Assembly: GCA_965203485.1 (NCBI GenBank)
Contig: OZ241892.1
Coordinates: 3,008,001 to 3,072,000, forward strand
DNA from: Longimicrobiales bacterium
Lineage (GTDB): Bacteria; Gemmatimonadota; Gemmatimonadetes; Longimicrobiales; Gaopeijiaceae
Direction: 5' to 3'
Length of the DNA: 64,000 nt
The position numbers were made by a program, and so were the translations under genes. Numbering within the stretch: position 1 is the first letter of the stretch; each line of letters starts with the position of its first letter. Under the pieces are notes generated by a model that worked only from the letters and a program-made list of their open reading frames with translations, made no database searches and was not told the origin of the DNA. Of the stretch, positions 39,033-48,609 are shown in pieces.

Positions 39033-40051
39033 CATCTATCCAACGGCATTTGCCTCTGCGGAATGATGCACCGGGTCCCCGTACCATCGGTCACACCAAC
39101 ATTGAAGACGCCGACGCTAGCGGCATTCTTACGCCGGCGACGGGCTTCATGGATGCCTACGACTACACGCTCAATCCATATTCCGGATGCTCGTTTGGCT
39201 GCACCTACTGCTACGCGGCCTTCTTTTCCCGGAGTCCCGAGGACCGGGATTCATGGGGTGGCTGGGTGCGAGTAAAGCGAGACGTGGTTGGCCTTTTGTT
39301 GAAGGAACGCAAGAAACTATTGAAGAAGGCAAAAAGTCTGGTCGGCCTTCGTATTTACATGAGCACGGTTACGGATCCGTACCAGCCGATCGAGCGGAAG
39401 CGCAAACTCACGCGAAATCTGTTGACGATGCTCGTCGATTGGCGACCGAAGCTGGTTGTGCAGACGCGCAGCCCGGACGTGGTGCGGGACATCGACCTCT
39501 TCAAACGCATCGTGGACGCCGGTGGGCACGTCCAAGTCAATCTCACCGTAACAACGGACGACGACGATGTGCGCCGCACCTTCGAGCCGCACTGCCCTAA
39601 TAACAATGTGCGGCTGAAGGCCGCCGCCAAGCTTCGCGAAGCCAATGTGCAGACGTGCATCACCATGACGCCGCTATTGTGGGTAGCAGACGCTAACGGG
39701 TTCGCGAATCAGCTACTTGACACGAAAGTGGAGCGGTTCATCGTCCAGGGCTTTCACTTTCAGAGAGGCAAGTTCGTGCGTAACACGAGAGACGCGGCAT
39801 TGCACTTGATAGCACAGAAGTTCGGAATGGCACAGGACTTCGCAAGTGTTCAACTCGCTCTACAACGGCGAACGCCGGATGACCCTCGCCAGCGCAAGGG
39901 GCTTCTCGAGCTTCGAAAGCTTGTCGAGGACCTTAGCAAGCGGTACGGCGAACACTATGACGCCGCTCACGACGTTCTGCGCGACCGGATTGAGCAGGCC
40001 GGTCTGCCACCCCCAGGTGAAGGCAAGGACGGCTTTCGCCCCCCGTTCTAA
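39029..40051 (+). CDS. Radical SAM protein, spore-photoproduct-lyase-like family
   Basis: LNPYSGCSFGCTYCYA, STVTDPYQPIE, QTRSP, RRTFEP; ATGA overlap with the upstream gene. Confidence 0.88.
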   Translation: MTSIQRHLPLRNDAPGPRTIGHTNIEDADASGILTPATGFMDAYDYTLNPYSGCSFGCTYCYAAFFSRSPEDRDSWGGWVRVKRDVVGLLLKERKKLLKKAKSLVGLRIYMSTVTDPYQPIERKRKLTRNLLTMLVDWRPKLVVQTRSPDVVRDIDLFKRIVDAGGHVQVNLTVTTDDDDVRRTFEPHCPNNNVRLKAAAKLREANVQTCITMTPLLWVADANGFANQLLDTKVERFIVQGFHFQRGKFVRNTRDAALHLIAQKFGMAQDFASVQLALQRRTPDDPRQRKGLLELRKLVEDLSKRYGEHYDAAHDVLRDRIEQAGLPPPGEGKDGFRPPF

Positions 40052-40252
40052 GGGTGGTGCCGTCGAACGCGATATCTCCGCACGGACTCCGACCTGGGCC
40101 GCCCCCGGATTCGGGGCCGTGCAAGGAACTGCCGCACCGACGCCGGAGGCGGGGTTGCGAGACGGAGTCGGTTGCGGAAGCGAGTCCGGATTTCCGGCTC
40201 CCGCGCGACCGCGACGTGACGCCAGCCACCAAGCGTCCCCGACACGGAACTC

Positions 40253-42829
40253 TCAACTCGCAACGTCCGGTCGTACGTGGATCGCATGAAGCGCCGCACG
40301 GATTTCATCATAGATGTCCACACCGATTTCCTTCGCAATCTCTAGCGTTACGACAAGGGCATAGGGCACCTCCTCCTCCAAGGCTCCGGCATCGGCTCGG
40401 CAACTAACTCGAATCTTCAGGTCCTCGCCTTCGACAAATGCCCCCGCCTTCCTGCCTTCCAGTATCTCGTGTTGCAGCGTTCCGCGTCGAACTGCTCGCC
40501 AGTCTGCCTGTTGCCGATCCACTTGAAGCAGATTTCTCGGCGGATCGAAGCTGAGCGCCGCCCTCCGCCAAGCCTGATGTCGCTGGTTGACGGGCGATAA
40601 CCACGCCAGTGTGATGGCCAGCCTTCGAAAGCCGCGCTCTCCTGCCAAAGACGGGGGCAAGGGAAAGTGCAAGACGTGTGACTCGTCTTGACGAAGCTTG
40701 CCGCCTCCAAGTGCCGTGACCCGCTTGGACGTGCATTCCCGCACGCGCAGAATGTCGATCGTTCCGTAGCCCAGCAATCGCGTGATGTATTCCCTAAACT
40801 GTCGGCTGTTGGCCTTCTTCTTCAGTACGCGAGTCAGAAGTCGCCCAGCCTCCCCCCATTCCGATCCATGCGTGACGAGCGCCTTAAGCCAAACTGCCTG
40901 CGGAACGTCTTCAATGGTCTCTCCCCGCGGCTCCATGCGAAGCTCGTCCAAGACATCGTAGAGCATGCCACAGGCACGAGCGACCAGCGCGGTCGCATTG
41001 CTCGTGCCTTGAAGATGCCGCATCGCTCCTATGTCGCCAGAATCCGTACCTGGCGAGGCCACTCGCTGTCCTGGCGGAAGTGGGCCACCGTCGTAGATCT
41101 CCAGCACTGGTCCTCCTGACAACGGCCGCCGCGTCACAACTCGTCCACCCGGCGCCAGGACGTCGGGTTTGATTCCACGACGATATCCCATGCCTTGGGC
41201 GTTAAATGGACTGGGCAACCCTCGACGATAGGGATCTTCCCATCCTGGCGGCAACAACCCCGTCGACGCGTCGTCGTGAATTGAAGCCACGGTAAGGGCA
41301 TTCACTGCCTCGGCAGGCGACAAAAGACGGCGATGCCGCGCATCGGCAGCGACGGCTCGAATCAACTCTTCTTCCGTGTCGTCCAGCGATGACGGCCCGG
41401 CCGTATGGCTGGTGGACAATTCAATCTTGCCGCTGTAGTTGCCAGCACTCACGACGAAAAGAACCTTGTAGCGCCATGACAACCAGTCCAGCAAGCGTGC
41501 AAGAGGACTCATGGAGTGAGCAAAGGGCCGATCTGGGATACCGATAGACAAGTTCACGATTGCGACGTGGGGTGCGACCGGTGCTTCGTTTCCATCGCCC
41601 TCAAAAAGGCGACGGACTGCCCTGTGAATCAAATCGACCACTAGCATTCCCTCTGGTACGACTTCGCCGTGACTCTTCCAGTTACGCGAATCCGGACGCA
41701 AGATCGGACGCACGTACAGTGGCCTCGAGAGTGGACTCTCCTCCTTAGCCAAATCACCGTGGACGATGAGAGATGCCATGGCTGTGCCGTGCCGCCGGTT
41801 CTCGGCCGGATAGCCGTCCTCGAAGGTGTCGGGATCTTCGACGACCAATCGCCCCTGAAGTCGGCGGTGCGCCTGCAATGGAAGTCCATCGAACAGCGCA
41901 ACCACGGGAGGGCCACTAGGCACGTCTTCCGGCAGAGGATCCTGATCTTGCTCGTGGCCTTCGTCCCTCAGTAGCACCGACATCTGTCCGGTTGCGCGAA
42001 AGAACTGAACATGCTCACAGTGCACAAGAGCGACGTCGACCCTAGCGGGTTGCAAAAGGTCACGAATCTGATCCCGAGGGAGTCGAGCAAGAAGGGCATG
42101 GTAAGCAATCTCTCTGATATCTGCTTCGCCGTCCACATGCCCTGCCATACCCTCGACAAGGTCGACAACGCGATCGCTGGCCGACCGGCGCTGTCCCGGG
42201 TCCCGTCTATACCAGAGCTCAATCTCACAAGGCACCATCCGCTGGCCGTACTCGAACCGTTCGCGCCAATCGTCAAGCACCCCCGTTTCCTCGAGGCGAT
42301 CCTGGACACCCCAGACCCGAACCTCACGGAGCTGTGCAAAGAGAACTTTCCACTTGCCAAGGCCTTGTGGAAGCCTTTTCTCGGATTGCCACATCCTCCA
42401 AAACGACATCATCTGCCTCAGCGCCTCTTGGTTTGTGAAGACCATGAATACGCGGCCCCGAAGGTCCTTGTCCCGCTGTGCGTCGCCATCGCGCAGAGCA
42501 AAGAAGTCGTCGTCCGCAGGGATTGCGTCGACGTCAATCTCGGCAAGCCACTCCATTCCCGGCACCCTCTCCACGGCGCGAATGAAATCGTTCACCGCCC
42601 CCACTGTCTCCAGAACTACCACTTCCTCAGGCACTAGATCGCTCGCTTCCACTTGCAATCGCATCTTCCGCTCTTCAAACGCCTTCTGCAATCGCTTCAA
42701 CTGTGGTGAGAGTCGGTCGCCTTGGCGCTTGATGCTTGGACGGCGAAAATTCCCGCCAAACCCGCTCGACCTCTGCCGAGGCAACGGCTCCCCCGGACTC
42801 GGAAGAATCAGAAGAGGACGTTCAGGCAT
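40253..42829 (-). CDS. S8 (subtilase) serine protease, IetS-like
   Basis: Catalytic triad LFDG / HGTAMAS / GTSNA; SAGN; KPDV; no signal peptide. Confidence 0.88.
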   Translation of the reverse strand: MPERPLLILPSPGEPLPRQRSSGFGGNFRRPSIKRQGDRLSPQLKRLQKAFEERKMRLQVEASDLVPEEVVVLETVGAVNDFIRAVERVPGMEWLAEIDVDAIPADDDFFALRDGDAQRDKDLRGRVFMVFTNQEALRQMMSFWRMWQSEKRLPQGLGKWKVLFAQLREVRVWGVQDRLEETGVLDDWRERFEYGQRMVPCEIELWYRRDPGQRRSASDRVVDLVEGMAGHVDGEADIREIAYHALLARLPRDQIRDLLQPARVDVALVHCEHVQFFRATGQMSVLLRDEGHEQDQDPLPEDVPSGPPVVALFDGLPLQAHRRLQGRLVVEDPDTFEDGYPAENRRHGTAMASLIVHGDLAKEESPLSRPLYVRPILRPDSRNWKSHGEVVPEGMLVVDLIHRAVRRLFEGDGNEAPVAPHVAIVNLSIGIPDRPFAHSMSPLARLLDWLSWRYKVLFVVSAGNYSGKIELSTSHTAGPSSLDDTEEELIRAVAADARHRRLLSPAEAVNALTVASIHDDASTGLLPPGWEDPYRRGLPSPFNAQGMGYRRGIKPDVLAPGGRVVTRRPLSGGPVLEIYDGGPLPPGQRVASPGTDSGDIGAMRHLQGTSNATALVARACGMLYDVLDELRMEPRGETIEDVPQAVWLKALVTHGSEWGEAGRLLTRVLKKKANSRQFREYITRLLGYGTIDILRVRECTSKRVTALGGGKLRQDESHVLHFPLPPSLAGERGFRRLAITLAWLSPVNQRHQAWRRAALSFDPPRNLLQVDRQQADWRAVRRGTLQHEILEGRKAGAFVEGEDLKIRVSCRADAGALEEEVPYALVVTLEIAKEIGVDIYDEIRAALHAIHVRPDVAS

Positions 42830-43853
42830 CGGATGGCAAGCTCGTTGGCTCGGGCACCGGTGCCGAAGCCTCTATGCGACCTTGCCACTGCGTCAAGCAG
42901 TCGATGACAATAGTGCGAAGATCATGGCCCGCGGGCGTTAGGACATGCTTCCGTTGCACGTCGAGGGCGAATTGCTCGAGCTCCGAAAAGCTCAGCCCCT
43001 TGAGGCGCTTCGCCAATGTGGCGGGCTGCCATTCCATGGGCGCGCCCAGACGCCCCCCGAAGCGACCAAACCATTCTTCCGCCAGCGGAGGGGTCGGCGT
43101 CGGAAGATTCAGCCGGAGCTGAAACCGGCGCCAGACGGCCCGGTCCAGCAACTCGGGATGGTTCGTCGCGGTGACCACGACGACATGGCTCGGCAAGTCG
43201 TCAATCTGCAACAGAAGCGAACTGACGACCCGCTTGATTTCACCCGTCTCGTGAACGTCACCGCGTTCCTTGCCCACCACGTCGAACTCGTCGAAGAAGA
43301 GCACGCATCGGCGGGTTCGCACCTCGTCGAAGAGCCGAGAAAGACGCACGGCCGTCTCGCCGAGATAGCTGGCAATGACGGACTCGTAGCGAACAACCAA
43401 CAAGGGTACAGCGAGTTCGGTGGCGAGCGCTTCGGCAAGTGACGTCTTGCCGTTCCCGGGCGGGCCAGTGAGCAATACCCGATGCCGGGGCTCCAGATTG
43501 TGCGCTCGCAGCAGGTCCGTGCGTCGAGACTCCTCGATCAGCTCCTGGCAGGAGGCAACCACGGGCCTCGAGAGCACGAGGTCTCTCAGCCGCCGGTGAG
43601 GATGCATCTCGTGAAACGACCCGGCACCTGGCCCGGTGCGGTTGCGACTGGTCAAAGGCGACGAAGCGTTCGGCGGGCCGACGGGGTTGAGATGCGAAGC
43701 GAGGCGGTCCGCCAACACATGATGCTGCTTGGCACGTTCCTCCGTGACGAGAGCCTCGAGCGCCTTGCGGAACAAACGCTGGTCGCCCCTGGCGCCCGAG
43801 CGGACGAGATCAAGCAACAGGTCGGCGCGAGCCATCTCCGGCACCTCCTTCAA
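42822..43853 (-). CDS. AAA+ ATPase, IetA-like
   Basis: GPPGNGKT, SYLGET, FFDEFD, GEIKRVV, ATNHPELLDRAVWRRF; overlaps the protease start. Confidence 0.92.
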   Translation of the reverse strand: MKEVPEMARADLLLDLVRSGARGDQRLFRKALEALVTEERAKQHHVLADRLASHLNPVGPPNASSPLTSRNRTGPGAGSFHEMHPHRRLRDLVLSRPVVASCQELIEESRRTDLLRAHNLEPRHRVLLTGPPGNGKTSLAEALATELAVPLLVVRYESVIASYLGETAVRLSRLFDEVRTRRCVLFFDEFDVVGKERGDVHETGEIKRVVSSLLLQIDDLPSHVVVVTATNHPELLDRAVWRRFQLRLNLPTPTPPLAEEWFGRFGGRLGAPMEWQPATLAKRLKGLSFSELEQFALDVQRKHVLTPAGHDLRTIVIDCLTQWQGRIEASAPVPEPTSLPSDA

Positions 43854-44099
43854 GCTGTGCTGGCGGTTGGCAAGGGAGCCGCGACACGTGTGGTGCGGTC
43901 AGCGGTCAGCTTAAGTCCGGGCCCAGCGATGGAGAAAGTAGGCAGAAATCCCGTATCCTTCAATGCCGGGGACCACTCGGCTGGCGAACGACGCCCGAGG
44001 GGCTTTGTTTGGTGCGCTCCCTGGGAGCGCCCCCTGCCGGACTCCGTACGCGTCACCGCGCCTTCTCCCGCCACCGCTCCAGCTCCTCGTCGTCGCCGA

Positions 44100-44490
44100 A
44101 TAGGACCTGCATGACCCCCGCACCTCCTGCTGGGCACCCCCGTCGTCCGCCGCGGGGCAACGGCGAGCGGGCGCACCTTTTGCGACAGCGCGATCAGGTC
44201 CTCTTCGGTGGACTCGAGGATGCCGGCCTGGACCAAAGCGGCCTAGCGGCGCTTGCGGCGATGCGGGCCAGCACGGGGGCTCCAGCAGGTTGTCGCCCAG
44301 CGGCTCCGCACTGACGAACATCAGCACGATCTCTTCGGCGAGGCGTAGCTCCACTTCGCCGCCTCGCTTGGCTGGCCGTCGCGATCCGCCTGCCGATCGC
44401 GCACGTATTCCCCGGCGGCGGCCAAGACGCGTTGCGCGCATTCGACGGCGGCGGCCGCCTGCTTGGCCGAAAATGCTTCGGCGGGCGTCG
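44100..44490 (-). pseudogene. Gene debris: HEPN-like C-terminal helix followed by a GPP34/GOLPH3-like fragment
   Basis: TPAEAFSAKQAAAAVECAQRVL; VELRLAEEIVLM...LVQAGILE. Weak motif recall only. Confidence 0.35.
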
Positions 44491-44689
44491 ATTCTCGTTG
44501 CGACGCAAGGCGTCTCGGGCAGGGCTCCATCCCTCGTGGCTACAGGTGTCGGACCGCCAACGCCCCGTGCCCAACTCGCTCCAGCCGCCGCCCAGCGGCG
44601 CCTGCTCCCGGCACGAAGAGGGAGTACTCGGCGACGATGGAAGCCCGAGTCCGCCACCAGCCGCGTCGTTCAGGTCGGAGCGCCTTGCA

Positions 44690-45808
44690 ACCCTCGGAGA
44701 GAGCGTACCTCTGCACGTACTCCACATCGAGGTCATCCCCCACACGCCCAAGACGTGGTCCGGCCCGAAGCTGGCCGGACGGAACCGGGGCGGCATGGCA
44801 ACCACGCCGACGGGCGCGCCCCCCTGCGTCGTACACCGTCCAACGACTGCCGACGGCGTCGGGACCGACCAACTCCTGCACCCACAACCGGTCGCGAGCG
44901 TCGAGAGCCGGCGATTCGAAGGCCGGCATGAACTCCGGAAACTCGACTGCCGACAGCCGTTCCCAGAGGCCGCGGCGCTACGGCGGCGCAATCTTTCGGC
45001 TTGCTACCGAATCCACGCGTCCTTGGCCTCGTCGCTCACTAGGCGCGGCCGGTTCAGACGGCGAAGAATGCGCATCAGCTGGCCGTCCGCGTCGAAGAAG
45101 CGGATCTCGTCGGTGGCCGTGTGTCCCGCCACGACGCGGCTTTGCCCAACCGCCGCCTGGAAGGTCTTGGAGTACGGCGTCGTCATCCGCGTGGATACGA
45201 AGGTCATCCCTCGAGAACTCGACGTGATGTTCCGGCGCATCACCGATTCGTCGGCCGGCAAGCCCTCGGTCTGTGCGACCAGACGGCCGTCCAAACCGAC
45301 GAACATCAAGTCTGCCGTGGCTCCTGCACGATGACCGCTCAACGCGCAAACGGCATTTGCGTCCGGTGCTTTCGGCGTCCACTGATAAAGCAGGGAGCCC
45401 GACCAGCTCCAATAGATGATTCTGCCCGGGCCGGCCATAAGACCCCGTCCGGCCCCACGGCCGTCGCGTTCACGCTTCTGAGTTCGCCCGGACCGTCTCC
45501 CGGCCGACCCCGCCCAAGACGTGCTGCAACGAGCCGTCGTCCAGCGAGTAGGCGGTCACGGCCACTGGGTCGCCCGCCTCCGACGCCAACACCATCCGCC
45601 GGTCGTAGTCCGCGACGGCATGGTCGAACGAGTACTCTTCGCCGCCAACGACTTGGCGGCCAGCGTTGGTGTCCACTTCCAGAATCTGTTGCGCAGCCGT
45701 CGGCGCACCCGCCGATCGCGTCTCGTCGTTTCGGTCGTTCGCCGCGTCCGGCTGGCCGCACGCCATAAGGTTCAAGACCGCGCCTGCGAAGATCGCTGTC
45801 CGAATCAT
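44690..45808 (-). pseudogene. Chimeric, frameshifted lipoprotein gene: lipobox + array-paralog N-terminus + 6-bladed propeller C-terminus
   Basis: MIRTAIFAGAVLNLMAC; AGAPTAAQQILEVD...CALSG matches the array genes; then MPAFES...LWVQE...WTVYD...DHVLGV...DLDVEYVQRY across frames, with an in-frame stop at 45004. Confidence 0.65.
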
Positions 45809-46053
45809 GTTTCCCGCTCCCGGCCGCCCGTCGTAGCCCGGATACGCCCGCCCGCACTCGTCCACCCGCTCGATCCGCCACTCCGGCCCCAGCCCATCAG
45901 CCGCTCCACCCACTCCCGCATCTTCCATCCGCTCTCCTCGCTCCAAGAGCCACGCCGTTCAATAGGCCGTATCGTAGACGCGCTTGGCCCCCGATGCCGG
46001 GTGAGCGGGCGCGGCCCCCGGCACCGGGCCGCACCCGCTCGAGAACGCCCCCG

Positions 46054-47094
46054 CTAGGAACAGGGCTCGCCCGCGACGGCCCGCACTGGCCGCACGAAGA
46101 TGTGCGCATTGTCTCCGCTGAACACGGGGACACGCCGACCGTTCACCGTCCTCTCCATCGGCTCCTGGCTCCTCTCCGTGGTCACGACACTGTCGCCGAC
46201 CATTCCGACGTAACTAGCGAAGCTGGTCAAGGGATTTTCCTTCAACAGCGTCCAGCAGCCCGTCGCGCGGTCCAGCAGAGCCCCCGTCACCCGGGTATTG
46301 TTCGTCGTTACGACGAGCCGGCCGTCGGCGGCCAGGAACAAATTGCTGTAGCCGGTGTTCCTCCATTCATCGACCTCCATCCTCCAGCGCGCCGCCTCCA
46401 CCAGCTCCGGAGGCATCTCGATTGCGCGCGGCTCTGCTCCCTGCTGGTACTCCACAAGCGAATGAACCATGCCGGTCAGCACATATGCCGACGAATCGGC
46501 GCACGCCAGCTCAACCGTAAAATAGCGGTTCATGACGTCACGAATAGCGGACTGTGAAACCTCGGATTGCGACCGGAAGGCACCCACGTCCAACGACGTC
46601 CGAGCTTCTCCGCCGATGGCAACGGTCTCGCCGTCGTCGCGCAACGCCACTCCTTCTTGCAACGCGACGGCGGGACGACCGTTCAATGCGCAGAGTCTCC
46701 TCGTGTTCGGCGCGGTCGGCGTCCATTGATGGAGAAGGACGCCGGACCAGCTCCAGTAGAGCACCCTGTGACGGCCTGCGGCAAAGACCCCCTCCGGTCC
46801 TACGGCTATCGCAGTCAAGGACATGAGTTCGCCCGGGCCGTCGCCCGCCCGCCCGCCGCCCAAGACGTGCTGCACCGAGCCGTCGTCCAGCGAGTAGGCG
46901 GTCACGGCCAGGGGATCGGCCGCCTCCGACGCCAACACCAGCCGGCGGTCGTAGTCCACGACGGCATGGTCGAACGAATACTCTTCACCCCCGACGACTT
47001 GGCGACCAGCGTTCGTGTCCACCTCCAGAATCTGTTGCGCGGCCGTCGGCGCACCCGCCACCAACGCGACGACCATTCCGCTCCAAATGCGCAT
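46054..47094 (-). CDS. Secreted protein, array paralog 1 (probable beta-propeller)
   Basis: Signal peptide; clear similarity to 47455 and 48610. Confidence 0.8.
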   Translation of the reverse strand: MRIWSGMVVALVAGAPTAAQQILEVDTNAGRQVVGGEEYSFDHAVVDYDRRLVLASEAADPLAVTAYSLDDGSVQHVLGGGRAGDGPGELMSLTAIAVGPEGVFAAGRHRVLYWSWSGVLLHQWTPTAPNTRRLCALNGRPAVALQEGVALRDDGETVAIGGEARTSLDVGAFRSQSEVSQSAIRDVMNRYFTVELACADSSAYVLTGMVHSLVEYQQGAEPRAIEMPPELVEAARWRMEVDEWRNTGYSNLFLAADGRLVVTTNNTRVTGALLDRATGCWTLLKENPLTSFASYVGMVGDSVVTTERSQEPMERTVNGRRVPVFSGDNAHIFVRPVRAVAGEPCS

Positions 47095-47215
47095 CTCCAG
47101 CCCGTCTTATTCACGAAGGGGCGTGGTGAAAGGGGGTGGCGTGCGGCGGCAAGGCCAGTAGGTTCAAGGTGTTCGGGCCGAGAACCGGCAACCCGCCGCG
47201 CGCAACGCCGAGGTG

Positions 47216-47244
47216 AAGATAATGGAGGGGCTGTTTCGGTACAA
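47216..47244 (-). promoter_or_regulatory. Putative sigma70 promoter (duplicated at 48371-48399)
   Basis: TTGTAC-17 nt-TATCTT on the minus strand, ~120 bp upstream of the ATG. Confidence 0.5.
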
Positions 47245-47454
47245 CAAGTCGCGTCGAGGTTCGGCCGGACGAGGTGACGGGCGACGTGGGCGCGGCGCTG
47301 TGCCGGGAGGCGTTGAGCACGAGCGGCGTGGACCGACTTCCACGCCTCTTCGCCCCGTTGTCCCCGGAACGGCCGGTCCTTGGTCTCCACACCGCTTTTG
47401 CGGATGGGCGCGGCCCCAAGTGTCGGGACCGCGCCCGCTGAAGAGAAATCTCTG

Positions 47455-48249
47455 CTAGGAACAGGACTCGCCCGCAACGGCCCGCACTGGACGCACGAAA
47501 ATGTAGGACGGGTCCGCGTAGTACACGGAGACTTGCCTGCCGTTCATCATTCTCGTGGTCGGCTTCCGGCTGGCCTCCAGCGTCACGACGGTGTCGGCAA
47601 ACATCCCGACATACTTCGGATTGCCCGGAACACGGCGGACCGACGGCAACAGCGCATAGCAACCCGTGGCTAGGTCCATGACCACGCCGCCCAGCTCGTC
47701 CTCATACGTCGTGACGACGAGTCGACCATCGTCAGCCAGGAACATGCTGGTGTATCCTTCCAGGTCCGCCAGCTCAGTGGGCAATGAAACCACGCCCTCT
47801 TGCGTCGTGACCGCAGGACGACCGCTCAATGCGCAAACGACATTTGCGTCCGGCGCTTTCGGCGTCCACTGATGGAGCAGCGCGCCCGACCAGCTCCAAT
47901 AGATGACTCTGCCCGGGCCGGCCACAAAGACCCCGTCCGGCCCCACGGCCGTCGCGTGCACTTTTCTGATTTCGCCCGGACCGTCCCCCGGCCGACCTCC
48001 GCCGAAGACGTGCTGCACCGAGCCGTCGTCCAGCGAATAGGCGTTCACGCCCAGCGGTTCGGCGGCCTCCGAGACCAATACAAGCCGGCGGTCATAGTCG
48101 ACGGCCACCGTAAAGTCGGAGAACATATACTCCTCGCCGCCGGCGACTTCTCGGCCAACATCGAAGTCCACCTCCAGAATCTGTTGCGCGGCCGTCGGCG
48201 CACCCGCCGCCAACGCGACCGCGACGACCATTCCGCTCCAAATGCGCAT
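47455..48249 (-). CDS. Secreted protein, array paralog 2 (72-aa in-frame deletion relative to paralog 3)
   Basis: EGVV|SLPTEL junction. Confidence 0.75.
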   Translation of the reverse strand: MRIWSGMVVAVALAAGAPTAAQQILEVDFDVGREVAGGEEYMFSDFTVAVDYDRRLVLVSEAAEPLGVNAYSLDDGSVQHVFGGGRPGDGPGEIRKVHATAVGPDGVFVAGPGRVIYWSWSGALLHQWTPKAPDANVVCALSGRPAVTTQEGVVSLPTELADLEGYTSMFLADDGRLVVTTYEDELGGVVMDLATGCYALLPSVRRVPGNPKYVGMFADTVVTLEASRKPTTRMMNGRQVSVYYADPSYIFVRPVRAVAGESCS

Positions 48250-48609
48250 CTCCAGCCCGTCTTATTCACGAGGGGGCGTGGTGAAAGGGGGTGGCGTGCG
48301 GCGGCAAGGCCAGTAGGTTCAAGGTGTTCGGGCCGAGAACCGGCAACCCGCCGCGCGCAACGCCGAGGTGAAGATAATGGAGGGGCTGTTTCGGTACAAC
48401 AAGTCGCGTCGAGGTTCGGCCGGACGAGGTGACGGGCGACGCGGGCGCGGCGCTGTGCCGGGAGGCGTTGAGCGCGAGCGGCGTGGACCGACTTCCACGC
48501 CTCTGCGCCCCGTTGTCCCCGGAACGGCCGGTCCTTGGTCTCCACACCGCTTTTGCGGATGGGCGCGGCCCCAAGTGTCGGGACCGCGCCCGCTGAAGAG
48601 AAATCTCCG

